A stretch of DNA of 64,000 nucleotides from an uncultured Candidatus Nemicrothrix sp. (GTDB lineage Bacteria > Actinomycetota > Acidimicrobiia > Acidimicrobiales > Aldehydirespiratoraceae): assembly GCA_964504305.1 (NCBI GenBank), contig CAZDEB010000011.1, forward strand, positions 1,753-65,752. The letters run 5' to 3'. The notes below the pieces were generated by a model. That model was not told the DNA's origin and did no database searches. It was given only the letters and a program-made list of their open reading frames with translations. Position 1 is the first letter of the stretch, and each line of letters opens with the position of its first letter. Positions 47,434 to 57,340 of the stretch are shown piece after piece. A program made the translations under genes and the position numbers.

Positions 47434-48615
47434 TCAGTCCTTCACGAAGAGCTGTCGGGGAACGTTGGCCAGCGGTTCGCAGCCCGACTCGGTGATCAGG
47501 ATCGACTCGGTGATTTCGAGGCCCCACGTTTCTTGCCAGAGCGCGGGCATGAAGTGAATTGTCATGCCCGGTTCGAACACCGTGGTGTCGCCGGGTCGGA
47601 TGCTGATGTTGCGCTCGCCCCAGTCGGGGGGATAGCTGCACCCGATGCTGTAGCCGGCTCGGCTTTCTTTGTCGTAGCCGTGAGACCGCAGTTCGTCGAT
47701 GAACGCTTTGTGCATGTCTTCGCACGTGTTGCCCGGTTTGGCGGCCGCCATCCCGGTCTGCATTGATGAAAGCAGCGCCGCTTCGGCATCGAACCATTCC
47801 TGAGCTGGTGTTCCCAGATGCACGGTGCGACACAACGGCACGTGATAGCGCTTGTGGACCCCGGCGATCTCGAAGAAGGTGCCGGTGCCGGTCTCGAATG
47901 GTTTGTCGTCCCACGTGAGGTGAGCGGCGGTGGCGTCGAGGCCGGTTGGCACTAGCGGCACGATCGCTGGATAGTCGCCCCCGTCGGTGTCGGTGCCAGA
48001 AATAGCGGCGTGATAGATCTCGGCGACCAGCTCGTTCTTGCGTAAACCCGGTTCGATCCGTTCGAGAATCCGCTCGTGCATCTTCTCGACAATCTGGGCC
48101 GCGACACGCATGTAGGCGATCTCTTGGGGCGACTTAACAAGTCGCTGCCAATTGACCAAGCTGGTCGCGTCGATGATCGAGGCGTTGGGTAGACCGGCCA
48201 CGAGGCAGCCATGGGCCCGAGCCGAGTAGTAGTAGTTGTCGAGTTCGACGCCCGTGCGGTGAGCGGCCCAGCCCCGCGCCGTCAAGATTTCGGCGAGGTT
48301 CTCCATGGCGTGGCGTTCGGTCGACATCACGTAGTGATCGGCATATCCGATGATGTCGTCCGCTGGGAGATAAGTAGTGCGGGCAGCGCCGGGCGCGTCC
48401 ATATTGCGACCGAACCACAATGGCGTGCCGGTCGGGCCGACTACGACGCACTGAGGGGTGTAGAACGACCAGCCGTCGTAGCCGGTGAGCCACGCCATGT
48501 TGGACGGATCGTGCACGATTAGCACTTCGAGCCCTTGAGCCTGCATCGCCGCTCTGGTCTTGGCGAGGCGGGCGGCGAACTCGTCGCGACTGAAATGAAG
48601 GTTTGGTTCGGTCAT
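47434..48615 (-). CDS. M24 family metallopeptidase with creatinase-type N-terminal domain (ectoine hydrolase DoeA-like)
   Basis: Creatinase-N-like N-terminus followed by the pita-bread fold (…FEIAGVHKRYH…, …FEPGMTIH…). It lies directly upstream of a DoeB-like deacylase. Confidence 0.65.
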   Translation of the reverse strand: MTEPNLHFSRDEFAARLAKTRAAMQAQGLEVLIVHDPSNMAWLTGYDGWSFYTPQCVVVGPTGTPLWFGRNMDAPGAARTTYLPADDIIGYADHYVMSTERHAMENLAEILTARGWAAHRTGVELDNYYYSARAHGCLVAGLPNASIIDATSLVNWQRLVKSPQEIAYMRVAAQIVEKMHERILERIEPGLRKNELVAEIYHAAISGTDTDGGDYPAIVPLVPTGLDATAAHLTWDDKPFETGTGTFFEIAGVHKRYHVPLCRTVHLGTPAQEWFDAEAALLSSMQTGMAAAKPGNTCEDMHKAFIDELRSHGYDKESRAGYSIGCSYPPDWGERNISIRPGDTTVFEPGMTIHFMPALWQETWGLEITESILITESGCEPLANVPRQLFVKD

Positions 48616-49793
48616 CAGATGTGGGCCAGCGCTTGGTCGAGATCAGACAGTAGGTCGTCAATGTTCTCGATGCCCGCGCTGTAACGAATCAGACCTTCGG
48701 GAATCCCTAGAGCGGCTCGTTCTTCGGCGGTGCATTCGACGTGGCTGGTGGTGGCCGGAGGGCCAATGATGGTTTCGACCGCGCCAAGATTGGCCGCGGC
48801 GTGAGCGAATCGGAGGTTGGGCAGGAACCTTCGTACCGCTTCGAGATCATCGCCGAGCCCGAAGCTGAGCATCGCGCCGAACCCTGACATCTGCGCGGCC
48901 GCGATTTCGTGGCCGAGATGGCTAGAGAGGCCGGGGTAGTTGACGACCGTTACTGCCGGATGTTCCGAGAGGTAGGCGGCGACGCGCCCGGCGTTGGCGT
49001 TTTGTCGTTCGATCCGCAGGTCGAGTGTCTTCATGCCTCGCAGAAGCAAATAGGCAGCCATTGGGTGCAGCGTGGCGCCGTTGATCTCGCGGTAGCCGTA
49101 CACCTTGTCGATCAAGTCTTTTCGACCGACCGCTACACCACCAAGAGCGTCGGCATGGCCGCCAAGGAACTTGGTCGCGGAGTGCACGACCAGGTCGGCA
49201 CCGAGTGAAAGTGGTTGCTGGTTGATCGGGGTCGCGAAGGTGTTGTCGACAACGACGATCGCCCCCGCGGCGTGACCGGCCGCGGTGAGCCTCGCAAGAT
49301 CGAGCACCTTGAGCGTCGGGTTGGTTGGTGTCTCCAGGTACAGGAGGTCGCAGCCTTGACCGACGGCCGCCTCGATTGCCTCGGTGTCGCTGGTGTCGCA
49401 CAGCACACACTCGATGCCGATCGCCGGCAAAAAGTCGCTGAATACCTTGCTGGTGCCCCCGTAAGTGTCTTTGACGCTCACTATGCGCTGACCGGGGCGA
49501 ACCAGAGCATGCAAGGTGTTGCTAATGATCGCCATTCCGGTCGAGGCCGATGTGGCGGCCTCGCCGCCTTCGAGCAGACGAACCTTCTCCTCGAACACGG
49601 CCACCGTCGGGTTGGTGTTGCGGCCATAGATATGGCCCGGGGTTTTTCCGAGAGCGACATCGAGCCACGAGTCGAGATCGGGATAACCGAACGACACGCT
49701 GTGCACGACCGGCACTTGCGTCGCTCCGTCGCTGAACGTCTGGTTTTCGCCACCCCAAACTGCGAGCGTGGCACGTGAAGGTTGTTGAGTCAT
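48615..49793 (-). CDS. Cys/Met-metabolism PLP-dependent enzyme (cystathionine gamma-synthase/lyase family)
   Basis: [16 protein letters not shown] (PLP-Lys), YGRNTNPT and VDNTFATP. Confidence 0.85.
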   Translation of the reverse strand: MTQQPSRATLAVWGGENQTFSDGATQVPVVHSVSFGYPDLDSWLDVALGKTPGHIYGRNTNPTVAVFEEKVRLLEGGEAATSASTGMAIISNTLHALVRPGQRIVSVKDTYGGTSKVFSDFLPAIGIECVLCDTSDTEAIEAAVGQGCDLLYLETPTNPTLKVLDLARLTAAGHAAGAIVVVDNTFATPINQQPLSLGADLVVHSATKFLGGHADALGGVAVGRKDLIDKVYGYREINGATLHPMAAYLLLRGMKTLDLRIERQNANAGRVAAYLSEHPAVTVVNYPGLSSHLGHEIAAAQMSGFGAMLSFGLGDDLEAVRRFLPNLRFAHAAANLGAVETIIGPPATTSHVECTAEERAALGIPEGLIRYSAGIENIDDLLSDLDQALAHI

Positions 49794-49803
49794 TCCGCCG
49801 AAG

Positions 49804-50781
49804 CTAGCGGGATGTCGCGGCCTTGATGAGCATCAACGTGTCGTACTCGAGTTCGGGCACCCGGCGACCGCTTGCTGCGAGGACGATCGAGTCGCTATGG
49901 CCGCGTTCGAAGGCCGCCGATTGACTGGCTAATCCCAGCGCCCACATTGCTGATCGGGCGATCGACCACCACAAAAACGCGGTTTCGTCCCACTTGCCGC
50001 CGGCCGTCTCATAACCGTCGCGCAGGGCTTCGAGGGACCCGAATCCTCCCACCAGCCGATCGTCGTTACCGAAACGCCACGTGCGAAGGCAAAGCCACGC
50101 CGGGTCGGCCATGGGGTCGCTCAGTTGGCACAGCTCCCAATCGAGCACCCCGGCCAGGCCGTTGGTGTCGACCACGAGGTTGCCGTTGCGAAAATCGCCG
50201 TGGATCAGAGCCACACGGGCGCGGTCAGGAGCATGGCGTCGCAGCCAGTTGAGGGCCAGTTGCACAGCCGGGCGCGGCTGGTCGAGTTCGTGCATGAGTC
50301 GTTCAAGCGAGTCGCAGTATGTGGAGGCCTCGAATCGGTCCAGTGGGGACGTGAGGCCTTCGACCGGAGCTTGATGGAGGCGGGCCAGCACCGCTCCACA
50401 TTCGGCGGCGAGCGCTTCGCCGGCGGATTGGTCGAGAGATCGCAATACCTGGCGGGGGATGGTCAGCCCGTCCACGACCGATGTGACCATGGCCGGGGCG
50501 CCGATGCCGTCGAGTTCGTCGGTCCAGGCAATCACCGTCGGCACTGGCAGCCCGTGGGCGGCGGCGAGGCGGATAACGTCGGCCTCACGCGAGACCGGCG
50601 AGGCGGCGACGACGCTGGTGCTGATTTGGGCGACCGCCGCTGATCGGCCCCGAGGTCGGTCGATGTCGACGAACAAGGTGTGGCGTTGAGCGCCGAGCGA
50701 AGCTGCTCCGGCAATGGTTACTGGATCGCCGACGAGAACGCTGAGACCTCGCTCGATGGCGGCCGGGTCAAGCGTCGCCAT
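49804..50781 (-). CDS. phosphotransferase (APH/choline-kinase-like) family protein
   Basis: LIHGDFRNGNLVVD (Brenner motif) and VLDWELCQLSDP. Start set at the ATG at 50781. Confidence 0.8.
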   Translation of the reverse strand: MATLDPAAIERGLSVLVGDPVTIAGAASLGAQRHTLFVDIDRPRGRSAAVAQISTSVVAASPVSREADVIRLAAAHGLPVPTVIAWTDELDGIGAPAMVTSVVDGLTIPRQVLRSLDQSAGEALAAECGAVLARLHQAPVEGLTSPLDRFEASTYCDSLERLMHELDQPRPAVQLALNWLRRHAPDRARVALIHGDFRNGNLVVDTNGLAGVLDWELCQLSDPMADPAWLCLRTWRFGNDDRLVGGFGSLEALRDGYETAGGKWDETAFLWWSIARSAMWALGLASQSAAFERGHSDSIVLAASGRRVPELEYDTLMLIKAATSR

Positions 50782-51109
50782 AGCCGGGTTTGGCCACGTT
50801 GGCCCGACGGGATGCATCGGCCAGCAAAACTTCGAGCGCGGCCTGTTCGAATTGTTCGTCCGGTCGGGTGAGTTGGGCCGCCAGTTCGTTGGCTAGAGCG
50901 GCCAAATCGCCGTCGTGGCCCACTAGTTGCGCGAGGTCGCGGCGCGTTTGGTCCGAGTCGGCCGCAAGATCACGGGCAATAATCCCGCACAGGTTGGCGA
51001 CGACGCGAACTTGGTACTGAGCCGGACCGTTCGTGGCCGAGACGACGTCGTGGCGAAGGGTGTGAGCCATGGCTTCCAACAACGCGATAGGGCCAGGCGA
51101 ATCGATCAC
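50768..51109 (-). CDS. small helical protein, DUF6285-like (assignment from memory)
   Basis: 113 aa. ALLEAMAHTLRHDVV...YQVRVVANLCGIIARDLA. Lies in the usual position upstream of an APH-like phosphotransferase. Confidence 0.5.
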   Translation of the reverse strand: MIDSPGPIALLEAMAHTLRHDVVSATNGPAQYQVRVVANLCGIIARDLAADSDQTRRDLAQLVGHDGDLAALANELAAQLTRPDEQFEQAALEVLLADASRRANVAKPGYGDA

Positions 51110-51111
51110 GC

Positions 51112-51882
51112 TCAGTCGATGCCTTCGAAGTTTGGTGCTCGCTTCTCGGCAAAGGCGGTCATCGCCTCGATATTAGCGGGCCCGCCCATCAAGATTCTGA
51201 ACGCTTCGTTTTCGCGGGCATGAGCGGCCAGCAGCGCCGGCCGTAGCGGTTCGACGATCGTTCGTTTGGTCTCGACCAGCGAACTGATCGGTTTGGACGC
51301 AAGGGTGTGAGCGGCTTTCATAACCGCCTCGATTAGCTCGTCGGGTTCACACAGGCGAAACACCAGCCCCATGTCGGCGCACTCTTGAGCACTGATCCAC
51401 TCCGAACTCATGAGCAGCCACGAAGCGTTCTGGCGGCCAACCAACGAAGGCATGGTCGTGCTACTGGCCAGTTCGGGGGCGACACCAAGGCTGGTGAAGG
51501 GGCATTTGAGGCGGGCCGTGGTCGACATGAAAACCAGGTCGGCGAGGCCGAGCACCGTGGCGCCAAAACCCAAACCCATGCCGTTCACCCCGAGGATCAG
51601 TGGCTTGGGAAAGTCGATGAGGGCTTTGGTCAGCCCGGGAAACCCGTGCACCGCACGATCGGGCTCGCCCATTGCTAGGTGCCCCATCTCGATTACGTCT
51701 TGACCAGCCGAGAAAGCGTCGCCGGTGCCGGTCAGCACAACGACGGCAACTCCTGGGTCGACGGCGGCCTCGAGGAATGCCTCGGTTGTGGCATCCCACA
51801 TAGCGGCGTTCATGGCGTTCTTGGCCTCGGGTCGGTTGATTCGAACAGTACGAACCCGGCCATCGTTGCTGATGTCGATCAT
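51112..51882 (-). CDS. enoyl-CoA hydratase/isomerase family protein
   Basis: MIDISNDGRVRTVRINRPEAKNAMN and LTGTGDAFSAGQD. Start set at the ATG at 51882. Confidence 0.85.
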   Translation of the reverse strand: MIDISNDGRVRTVRINRPEAKNAMNAAMWDATTEAFLEAAVDPGVAVVVLTGTGDAFSAGQDVIEMGHLAMGEPDRAVHGFPGLTKALIDFPKPLILGVNGMGLGFGATVLGLADLVFMSTTARLKCPFTSLGVAPELASSTTMPSLVGRQNASWLLMSSEWISAQECADMGLVFRLCEPDELIEAVMKAAHTLASKPISSLVETKRTIVEPLRPALLAAHARENEAFRILMGGPANIEAMTAFAEKRAPNFEGID

Positions 51883-51884
51883 CT

Positions 51885-52739
51885 CTACTCGTGTCCGCCG
51901 ATCGCCCGCACGTGCTCGAGCCAAAGCCCGCCCCCGGGCGCTGGCGCCGGGTTGTAGGAACGGTGACCGAGCAGCCGCTGCACCCGCGGGGACTGGTCTT
52001 TGAGTTCGTCGGTGGTGTAATCGATGGCGCTGGCTTCTTCGGGGGTGAGCCAACCGGCTACGAAACTCAAATGCATGGCCCTTCGCCAACGGTCAGCAGT
52101 GGTGTTGGCGCCGCCGCCATGAAGTACGAATCCGGAGTAGAGCAGCGCGTCGCCTGGTCCTAGCTCGGCGGCCACCGACGGAAGTTCGTTGGAAAAGCGA
52201 TCGAGATCGGCCCAACGATGACTGCCAGGCACGACCCGAGTGGCGCCCATCTCCTCGGTGACTTGGTCTAGCCCAACCATGACGCTCACCGTTACCTCGG
52301 GAGTGTCCGGCCAGGTGGCTTTGAGGTACTCCCACCAGTTGTTGGCATCGCGATGCAAGACTTGGGCCGGTTCGCCTGGCCCGATGTACATCACTTGGCC
52401 GGTGTTTACCCAGTAGTGGCCCGGGCAGTCCTTCAGTACTGCGTCGGCCAGTGTGGCGTGCAACGGATTGTCGAGCATCTTGAAGAAGGCAGGGGAGACC
52501 TTGCCGAGACTCGAGAACCGCACCGTGTTGGTGCCGGCGAACGATCGGCCAACCTCCCCGAAACCTTGGGTCGCCGACCCCGGAACGACGCCTGATGCGT
52601 ACTCTTGGGCATCAGCGGCCATCTCGCTTATGACATCGACCGGGAAGAGCTGTTCGATGATCACCCCGCCGTCGCGGTCAAAGGCCGCGAGGATCGCCTC
52701 GACATCGGCGGTGTTGGGGAAACGTTCGAGCTCATCCAT
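51885..52739 (-). CDS. phytanoyl-CoA dioxygenase (PhyH) family Fe(II)/2-oxoglutarate oxygenase
   Basis: QVLHRDANNW (HxD) and FVLHGGGANTT (distal His). 284 aa. Confidence 0.75.
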   Translation of the reverse strand: MDELERFPNTADVEAILAAFDRDGGVIIEQLFPVDVISEMAADAQEYASGVVPGSATQGFGEVGRSFAGTNTVRFSSLGKVSPAFFKMLDNPLHATLADAVLKDCPGHYWVNTGQVMYIGPGEPAQVLHRDANNWWEYLKATWPDTPEVTVSVMVGLDQVTEEMGATRVVPGSHRWADLDRFSNELPSVAAELGPGDALLYSGFVLHGGGANTTADRWRRAMHLSFVAGWLTPEEASAIDYTTDELKDQSPRVQRLLGHRSYNPAPAPGGGLWLEHVRAIGGHE

Positions 52740-52751
52740 GATCGCTGGCCG

Positions 52752-54488
52752 TCAGTCTACGTATTTGCGGGCCCTGGCCTTCTTGCCCCGAATGCTCGAC
52801 GCGTTGATGGCTCCGATGGTTGAGTCGACCGCCTTTTCGGGCACGCCCACCACCGAATAGTTGTCGGTGATTCGGATCGGGCCGATCTCTCGGCCGGTGA
52901 GATCGGTTTCGTTGGCGATACACCCGACCAGATCGCCCGGCCTCAGGCCCGCTTTGCGACCCAACGCAACAAATATCAGGCCGGTGCCAGGGCCAACATT
53001 GCCTCGCGGCTTTTTGTTTTTGTCGAAGCCTGGCTTGCCGCCCCGTTCGCCCTTGTCGAACTTGCCCTTGCCTTTTCCTTTGCCCGGACGGTCGTCTCGC
53101 AGCATGCGTTCGGACGCGTCGGGAATCTCGACCTCGTCGGTCGTGGCACCGCGAGCTTGGTGAAACAGTTTGATCGCGGCCAGTGCGATGTTGCGTTCGC
53201 CGCCGTCGGCGGTAAGCCCGAACAGCACCGAATTGTAGTCTTCGAGGTCGTCGCTCATGATTGCTTCTCGTATCGCGACCACCGTGGTTTCGATCTGCTT
53301 TTCTCGCAGGTCGCCAACGGTCGGAACCTTCTCGATGGCAATGGTTTGTTTGGTGAGCCGTTCGATGTTTTGCAGCAACCGCCGTTGCTTGGGTTCGACC
53401 AGAGTGATCGCGACCCCTTCTCGACCGGCGCGACCAACCCGGCCAATGCGGTGCACGTAGCTTTCGGGAGCGTTGGGGACGTCGTAGTTGACAACGTGGG
53501 TGAGCGTGTCGACGTCGAGGCCTCGAGCGGCGACGTCGGTGGCCACCAGCAGCTCGGCGGTGCCGTCTCGGAGGCGTCCCATGACTCGATCACGTTGTTG
53601 CTGATCCATGCCCCCGTGTAGCGCCTCGGCGCGGTAACCCCGGCCGTTCATAGTTGCCGTCAGTTCGTCGACCTCGCCACGAGTTCGGCAAAACACGATG
53701 GCCGATGTGGGTCCTTCCATATCGAGCACGCGACCCAAGGCCGAAGACTTGTGGTAACGGGTAACGACATACGCGGTTTGGCGGATGAGAGCCTTTGAGG
53801 CGGCGGCTTCGCTGGCGCTGATTTTGATTCGGACCGGATCGCGCTGGTACTTGCGGGCGATCGATTCGATGCGTGGTGGCATCGTTGCCGAGAAAAGTAC
53901 GGTCTGGCGCTCTGACGGCGTGCTCTCGAGGATTGTTTCGATGTCTTCGGTGAAACCCATGTCGAGCATTTCGTCGGCTTCGTCGAGGACAACTGTCGAG
54001 ATGTTGCCGAGCTCGAGCGAACCACGGCGGATGTGATCGATGGCCCGTCCCGGAGTAGCGACAACGACGTGCACGCCGCGGCGCAGGGCCTGAAGTTGAC
54101 GGTGGATTGGCTGACCGCCGTAGATCGGCACGACTCGGACGTGCTGTTGAGAGCCGTACTTGAACATTGCTTCGCTGACCTGAACAGCCAACTCGCGGGT
54201 GGGAACAACTACCAGTGCGGTCGGGACCGCATCGGCGTCGGGATCGATGCCGTTCAGAATGGGAAGGGCAAAAGCCGCGGTCTTGCCGGTGCCGGTAGCG
54301 GCTTGGCCGAGGAGATCTTGCCCAGTCAGCATCAGCGGAATTGCTTCGAGCTGGATAGGGGTCGGCTCTTCGTAGCCTAGGTCGGTGGTGGTTTTGACGA
54401 GTTCGGCTCGTAATCCCAGCGTGGCGAATCCGGTGGTCGACTCGGGTTCGGGGGGCGTTTCGGGGGCGTTCATTGCGGATACTTCCAA
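52752..54488 (-). CDS. DEAD-box ATP-dependent RNA helicase (DeaD/CsdA-like) with DbpA-type C-terminal RNA-binding domain
   Basis: Q-motif region FATLGL..., AATGTGKTAAFALP, VLDEADEMLDMGF, SAT, VATDVAARGLDV and HRIGRVGRAGREG. The C-terminal domain resembles DbpA. Confidence 0.9.
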   Translation of the reverse strand: MEVSAMNAPETPPEPESTTGFATLGLRAELVKTTTDLGYEEPTPIQLEAIPLMLTGQDLLGQAATGTGKTAAFALPILNGIDPDADAVPTALVVVPTRELAVQVSEAMFKYGSQQHVRVVPIYGGQPIHRQLQALRRGVHVVVATPGRAIDHIRRGSLELGNISTVVLDEADEMLDMGFTEDIETILESTPSERQTVLFSATMPPRIESIARKYQRDPVRIKISASEAAASKALIRQTAYVVTRYHKSSALGRVLDMEGPTSAIVFCRTRGEVDELTATMNGRGYRAEALHGGMDQQQRDRVMGRLRDGTAELLVATDVAARGLDVDTLTHVVNYDVPNAPESYVHRIGRVGRAGREGVAITLVEPKQRRLLQNIERLTKQTIAIEKVPTVGDLREKQIETTVVAIREAIMSDDLEDYNSVLFGLTADGGERNIALAAIKLFHQARGATTDEVEIPDASERMLRDDRPGKGKGKGKFDKGERGGKPGFDKNKKPRGNVGPGTGLIFVALGRKAGLRPGDLVGCIANETDLTGREIGPIRITDNYSVVGVPEKAVDSTIGAINASSIRGKKARARKYVD

Positions 54489-54549
54489 GAGGGGGAACAG
54501 GCAATGTTACGGCGTAGACGCGTCGACCACCCGGATCGAGGCCCCAGGG

Positions 54550-54981
54550 TCAGTAAACCAGCGTGCCGTAGGCCAAGAATTCGCTCGCTTGATTAGAAAT
54601 CCGGGATGTCTCGAACCGCACGTTGACAACGGCGACTGCGTTGCGGCTCGCGGCCGCTTCGAGCATGCGGAGCTGCGACTCGGCGCGGGCCTGCTCGAGC
54701 ACGGGGTTGTAGGAGGCCACCTCGCCCCCGACCAGGCTCCGTAAACCGGCCACGATCTGACGGATGTAGTCGGCGCCGACAACGACGGCCCCAACAACCA
54801 ACTCGCCGTGCCGTGGCACGACCCCTGACGGGGCGGTTGGCACCGGGGCCACCTGGATGTGGGCGACGGCTCGTTGTCGCGATTCGATGGCCGAACCGCG
54901 GCGCTGATGGGCGATGCGGCCGCCGACCGCGACGGCGATCAGGATCAGCGGGATCGCCAGGTTGATGACCAACGTGATCAT
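54550..54981 (-). CDS. YbjQ (UPF0145) family protein with an N-terminal transmembrane helix
   Basis: MITLVINLAIPLILIAVAVGG TM segment, then a YbjQ-like core (…GGEVASYNPVLEQARAESQLRMLEAAASRNAVAVVNVRFETS…). Confidence 0.65.
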   Translation of the reverse strand: MITLVINLAIPLILIAVAVGGRIAHQRRGSAIESRQRAVAHIQVAPVPTAPSGVVPRHGELVVGAVVVGADYIRQIVAGLRSLVGGEVASYNPVLEQARAESQLRMLEAAASRNAVAVVNVRFETSRISNQASEFLAYGTLVY

Positions 54982-55295
54982 CCCGCGACAACAACCGCGG
55001 TGCCGTAGGCGTACATCTCGGCCGCGCCACCAGCAACGGTCGAGGTGGTGAAGCGAATATTGACGATGGCGTTGGCGCCGAGAGCCTCGGCCGCCGCGAT
55101 CATTCGTGACGTTGCTTCAGTTCGGGACTCGCTCAAGAGTTCGGTATAGGCCTTGAGTTCCCCGCCTGCGATGTTCTTGAACGCCGCTCCGATATCTCGG
55201 CCGAGGTGCTTGGCGCGGATGGTGTTTCCGCTCACCAGCCCCAAGACTCGCTGGATCTCTTGACCGGGAATTGTTTCGGTGTTGACCAGTTGCAT
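54978..55295 (-). CDS. YbjQ (UPF0145) family protein
   Basis: TETIPGQEIQRVLGLVSGNTIRAKHLGRDIGAAFKNIAGGELKAYTELLSESRTEATSRMIAAAEALGANAIVNIRF. Confidence 0.8.
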   Translation of the reverse strand: MQLVNTETIPGQEIQRVLGLVSGNTIRAKHLGRDIGAAFKNIAGGELKAYTELLSESRTEATSRMIAAAEALGANAIVNIRFTTSTVAGGAAEMYAYGTAVVVAG

Positions 55296-55298
55296 ACT

Positions 55299-55769
55299 TC
55301 AGCTTGTCACACCCAGAGCCGCTTCGATGAAGGCTGCGGGCTTGCTGGCTTTGAGCACCTCGACCGCGATCGACGATTCGTCGGAGAAGGTGAGTTCCAT
55401 AGAGCCTGTTACCTTGCCTGTCTCGGATTTGAGACCGGTTATCTGGTCGTGGGTCCACGTGGCGCTGACCGACTTTGGACCGCCGCTCATCGGAGACTGT
55501 TCGAACACGATCCACCGCTGATTACTGATCGCGAGGATCGACTGCTTCAGCAACGGGAAGCTGGCCGCCAAAGTGTCATCGGAGGCATCTTGGTCGCTGG
55601 TTCCGGCGCGGTTGGCGATCACGGCACCAGCGACCCCGCCGATGGCGCTAAAGGCGACATTTTTCTTGAACTGTCCGGGTTTCATGATGACGGTTGCGGC
55701 CACGACCGTCTCTCCGGCATTCAGATATTCGGCGCCCTTCTTATTGACCTTTTTTGCCATATCGACCAT
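55299..55769 (-). CDS. hypothetical protein (possibly bacterial PH-like fold)
   Basis: 156 aa from the ATG at 55769, with an aaggag RBS 6 nt upstream. No motif recognised. Confidence 0.5.
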   Translation of the reverse strand: MVDMAKKVNKKGAEYLNAGETVVAATVIMKPGQFKKNVAFSAIGGVAGAVIANRAGTSDQDASDDTLAASFPLLKQSILAISNQRWIVFEQSPMSGGPKSVSATWTHDQITGLKSETGKVTGSMELTFSDESSIAVEVLKASKPAAFIEAALGVTS

Positions 55770-55936
55770 TGACTTCTCCTTTGGAGAACTTCGTGGTTCC
55801 ACTATCGGCTAGCGGCGCCAAACTATGAGATGGGACCTAGGTCCCTGTGCCGAGTGCCCCTGGAACCGTCATCGTGCGAGGCGGCGCGAGCGCGCCAACC
55901 CCAAGTCGTACGACCGGGGATGATGTGGAGGCGACG

Positions 55937-57286
55937 ATGACCAAGACCCGTTTGGCTCAGTTGTTGATATTTGTTGCAGGTGCAGTTCTGATCATGGGGG
56001 CCTGCGCCCCTGACGATCCGATCAGCGGAGAGCTCGCCGACTCGGCGTTGATCTCTGATGATGCCGTGGTGCCGTTGATCGACCTGTCAGAGTTCTCGAT
56101 CAAAGGCGATCTGACGGTTCCCGAAGGTCATGTGGTGCTCGATGTGCTCAACGTCGGCAACGCCGAACATACCTTGCAGGTGACCGGCAAATCCGGCACC
56201 AAAAGTTTGTTCAAGGACGACAAGACGCTCCTCGACCTGGGCGAGCTGAGTCCTGGAACCTACGAGTTGTTCTGCGATATCCCCGGTCATCGCGAGTCGG
56301 GCATGAGCGCGACGCTGGAGGTGCTGCCCAAGGCTGAAGCCGGGAACATCACTATTGCCGCTGAGCGCAGCGGCGACGGTCCGGATTGGGCGAGACTTGA
56401 CGCCGCGATGCAGGAGTCGATTCTGAAGTTCCCGGCCGAAACCGAAGGTCGGGGCAATTTGCCTCTCGAACCCACGGTGCTCGCGGACGGCACCAAGGAA
56501 TTCAACTTCACCGTAGCGATCACGCCGTGGGAGGTTGAACCCGGCAAGATCGTCGACGCGTGGACCTATAACGGCCAAGTGCCTGGGCCAGCGATCAGCG
56601 TTGACGTGGGCGACAAAGTTCGAGTGAACGTGCAAAACGATCTCCCGATGGGCACCGACATTCACTGGCACGGCATACGCACCCCCAACGAGATGGACGG
56701 TGTCGCGCCGATCACTCAGCCCCTGATCGAGTCAGGTGACTCCTTCGTTTACGAGTTCGTGGCTGAGCGGGCCGGAATCGGCATGTATCACGCCCATCAT
56801 CACGGTCAGGTCCAGATCCCGAACGGTCTGTTCGGTACGTTCACCATTGGTGAGTTGCCGATCCCGCGGGGTCAAACGATCGGAGGGAACCTGATTCCCG
56901 AGGATCTCGAGGTGGCCCAAACGATTCCGATGGTGCTCAACGACGCCGGCGTAATTGGCTACTCGCTCAACGGCAAGTCGTTCCCCGCCACTGATCCGTA
57001 TGTCGTCAACAAGGACGACTGGGTCGCGATCACCTACTACAACGAGGGCTTGCAGATCCATCCGATGCATCTGCACCAGTTCCCACAGTTGGTATTTGCC
57101 AAAGATGGGTTCCCGCTCGACCATCCGTACTACGCCGACACCGTCAACATCGCGCCGGGCGAGCGCTACACGGTTCTTGTGAACCCCGACACGGTCGGCA
57201 CGTGGGTGTGGCATTGTCACATCCTTACCCACGTCGAACGCGAAGAAGGCATGTTCGGCATGGTTACCGCAATGGTGGTTACCTGA
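55937..57286 (+). CDS. multicopper oxidase with an additional N-terminal single-domain cupredoxin; probable lipoprotein
   Basis: Possible lipobox LIMGAC. N-terminal type-1 Cu pattern is CDIPGHRESGM (C-x4-H-x4-M) with upstream AEH. MCO motifs are HWHG, YHAHHH and WHCHILTHVEREEGM. ggag RBS before the ATG at 55937. Confidence 0.8.
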   Translation: MTKTRLAQLLIFVAGAVLIMGACAPDDPISGELADSALISDDAVVPLIDLSEFSIKGDLTVPEGHVVLDVLNVGNAEHTLQVTGKSGTKSLFKDDKTLLDLGELSPGTYELFCDIPGHRESGMSATLEVLPKAEAGNITIAAERSGDGPDWARLDAAMQESILKFPAETEGRGNLPLEPTVLADGTKEFNFTVAITPWEVEPGKIVDAWTYNGQVPGPAISVDVGDKVRVNVQNDLPMGTDIHWHGIRTPNEMDGVAPITQPLIESGDSFVYEFVAERAGIGMYHAHHHGQVQIPNGLFGTFTIGELPIPRGQTIGGNLIPEDLEVAQTIPMVLNDAGVIGYSLNGKSFPATDPYVVNKDDWVAITYYNEGLQIHPMHLHQFPQLVFAKDGFPLDHPYYADTVNIAPGERYTVLVNPDTVGTWVWHCHILTHVEREEGMFGMVTAMVVT

Positions 57287-57295
57287 GATCAAGGC

Positions 57296-57340
57296 GGTTG
57301 TGACCAAAGGACCGAAATCGGCGGGACTTTGGTCACAACC
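57296..57340 (+). terminator. 14-bp perfect stem hairpin 10 nt after the multicopper oxidase stop
   Basis: ggttgtgaccaaag-(17-nt loop containing ccga-aa-tcgg)-ctttggtcacaacc. No U-tract follows. Confidence 0.5.
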
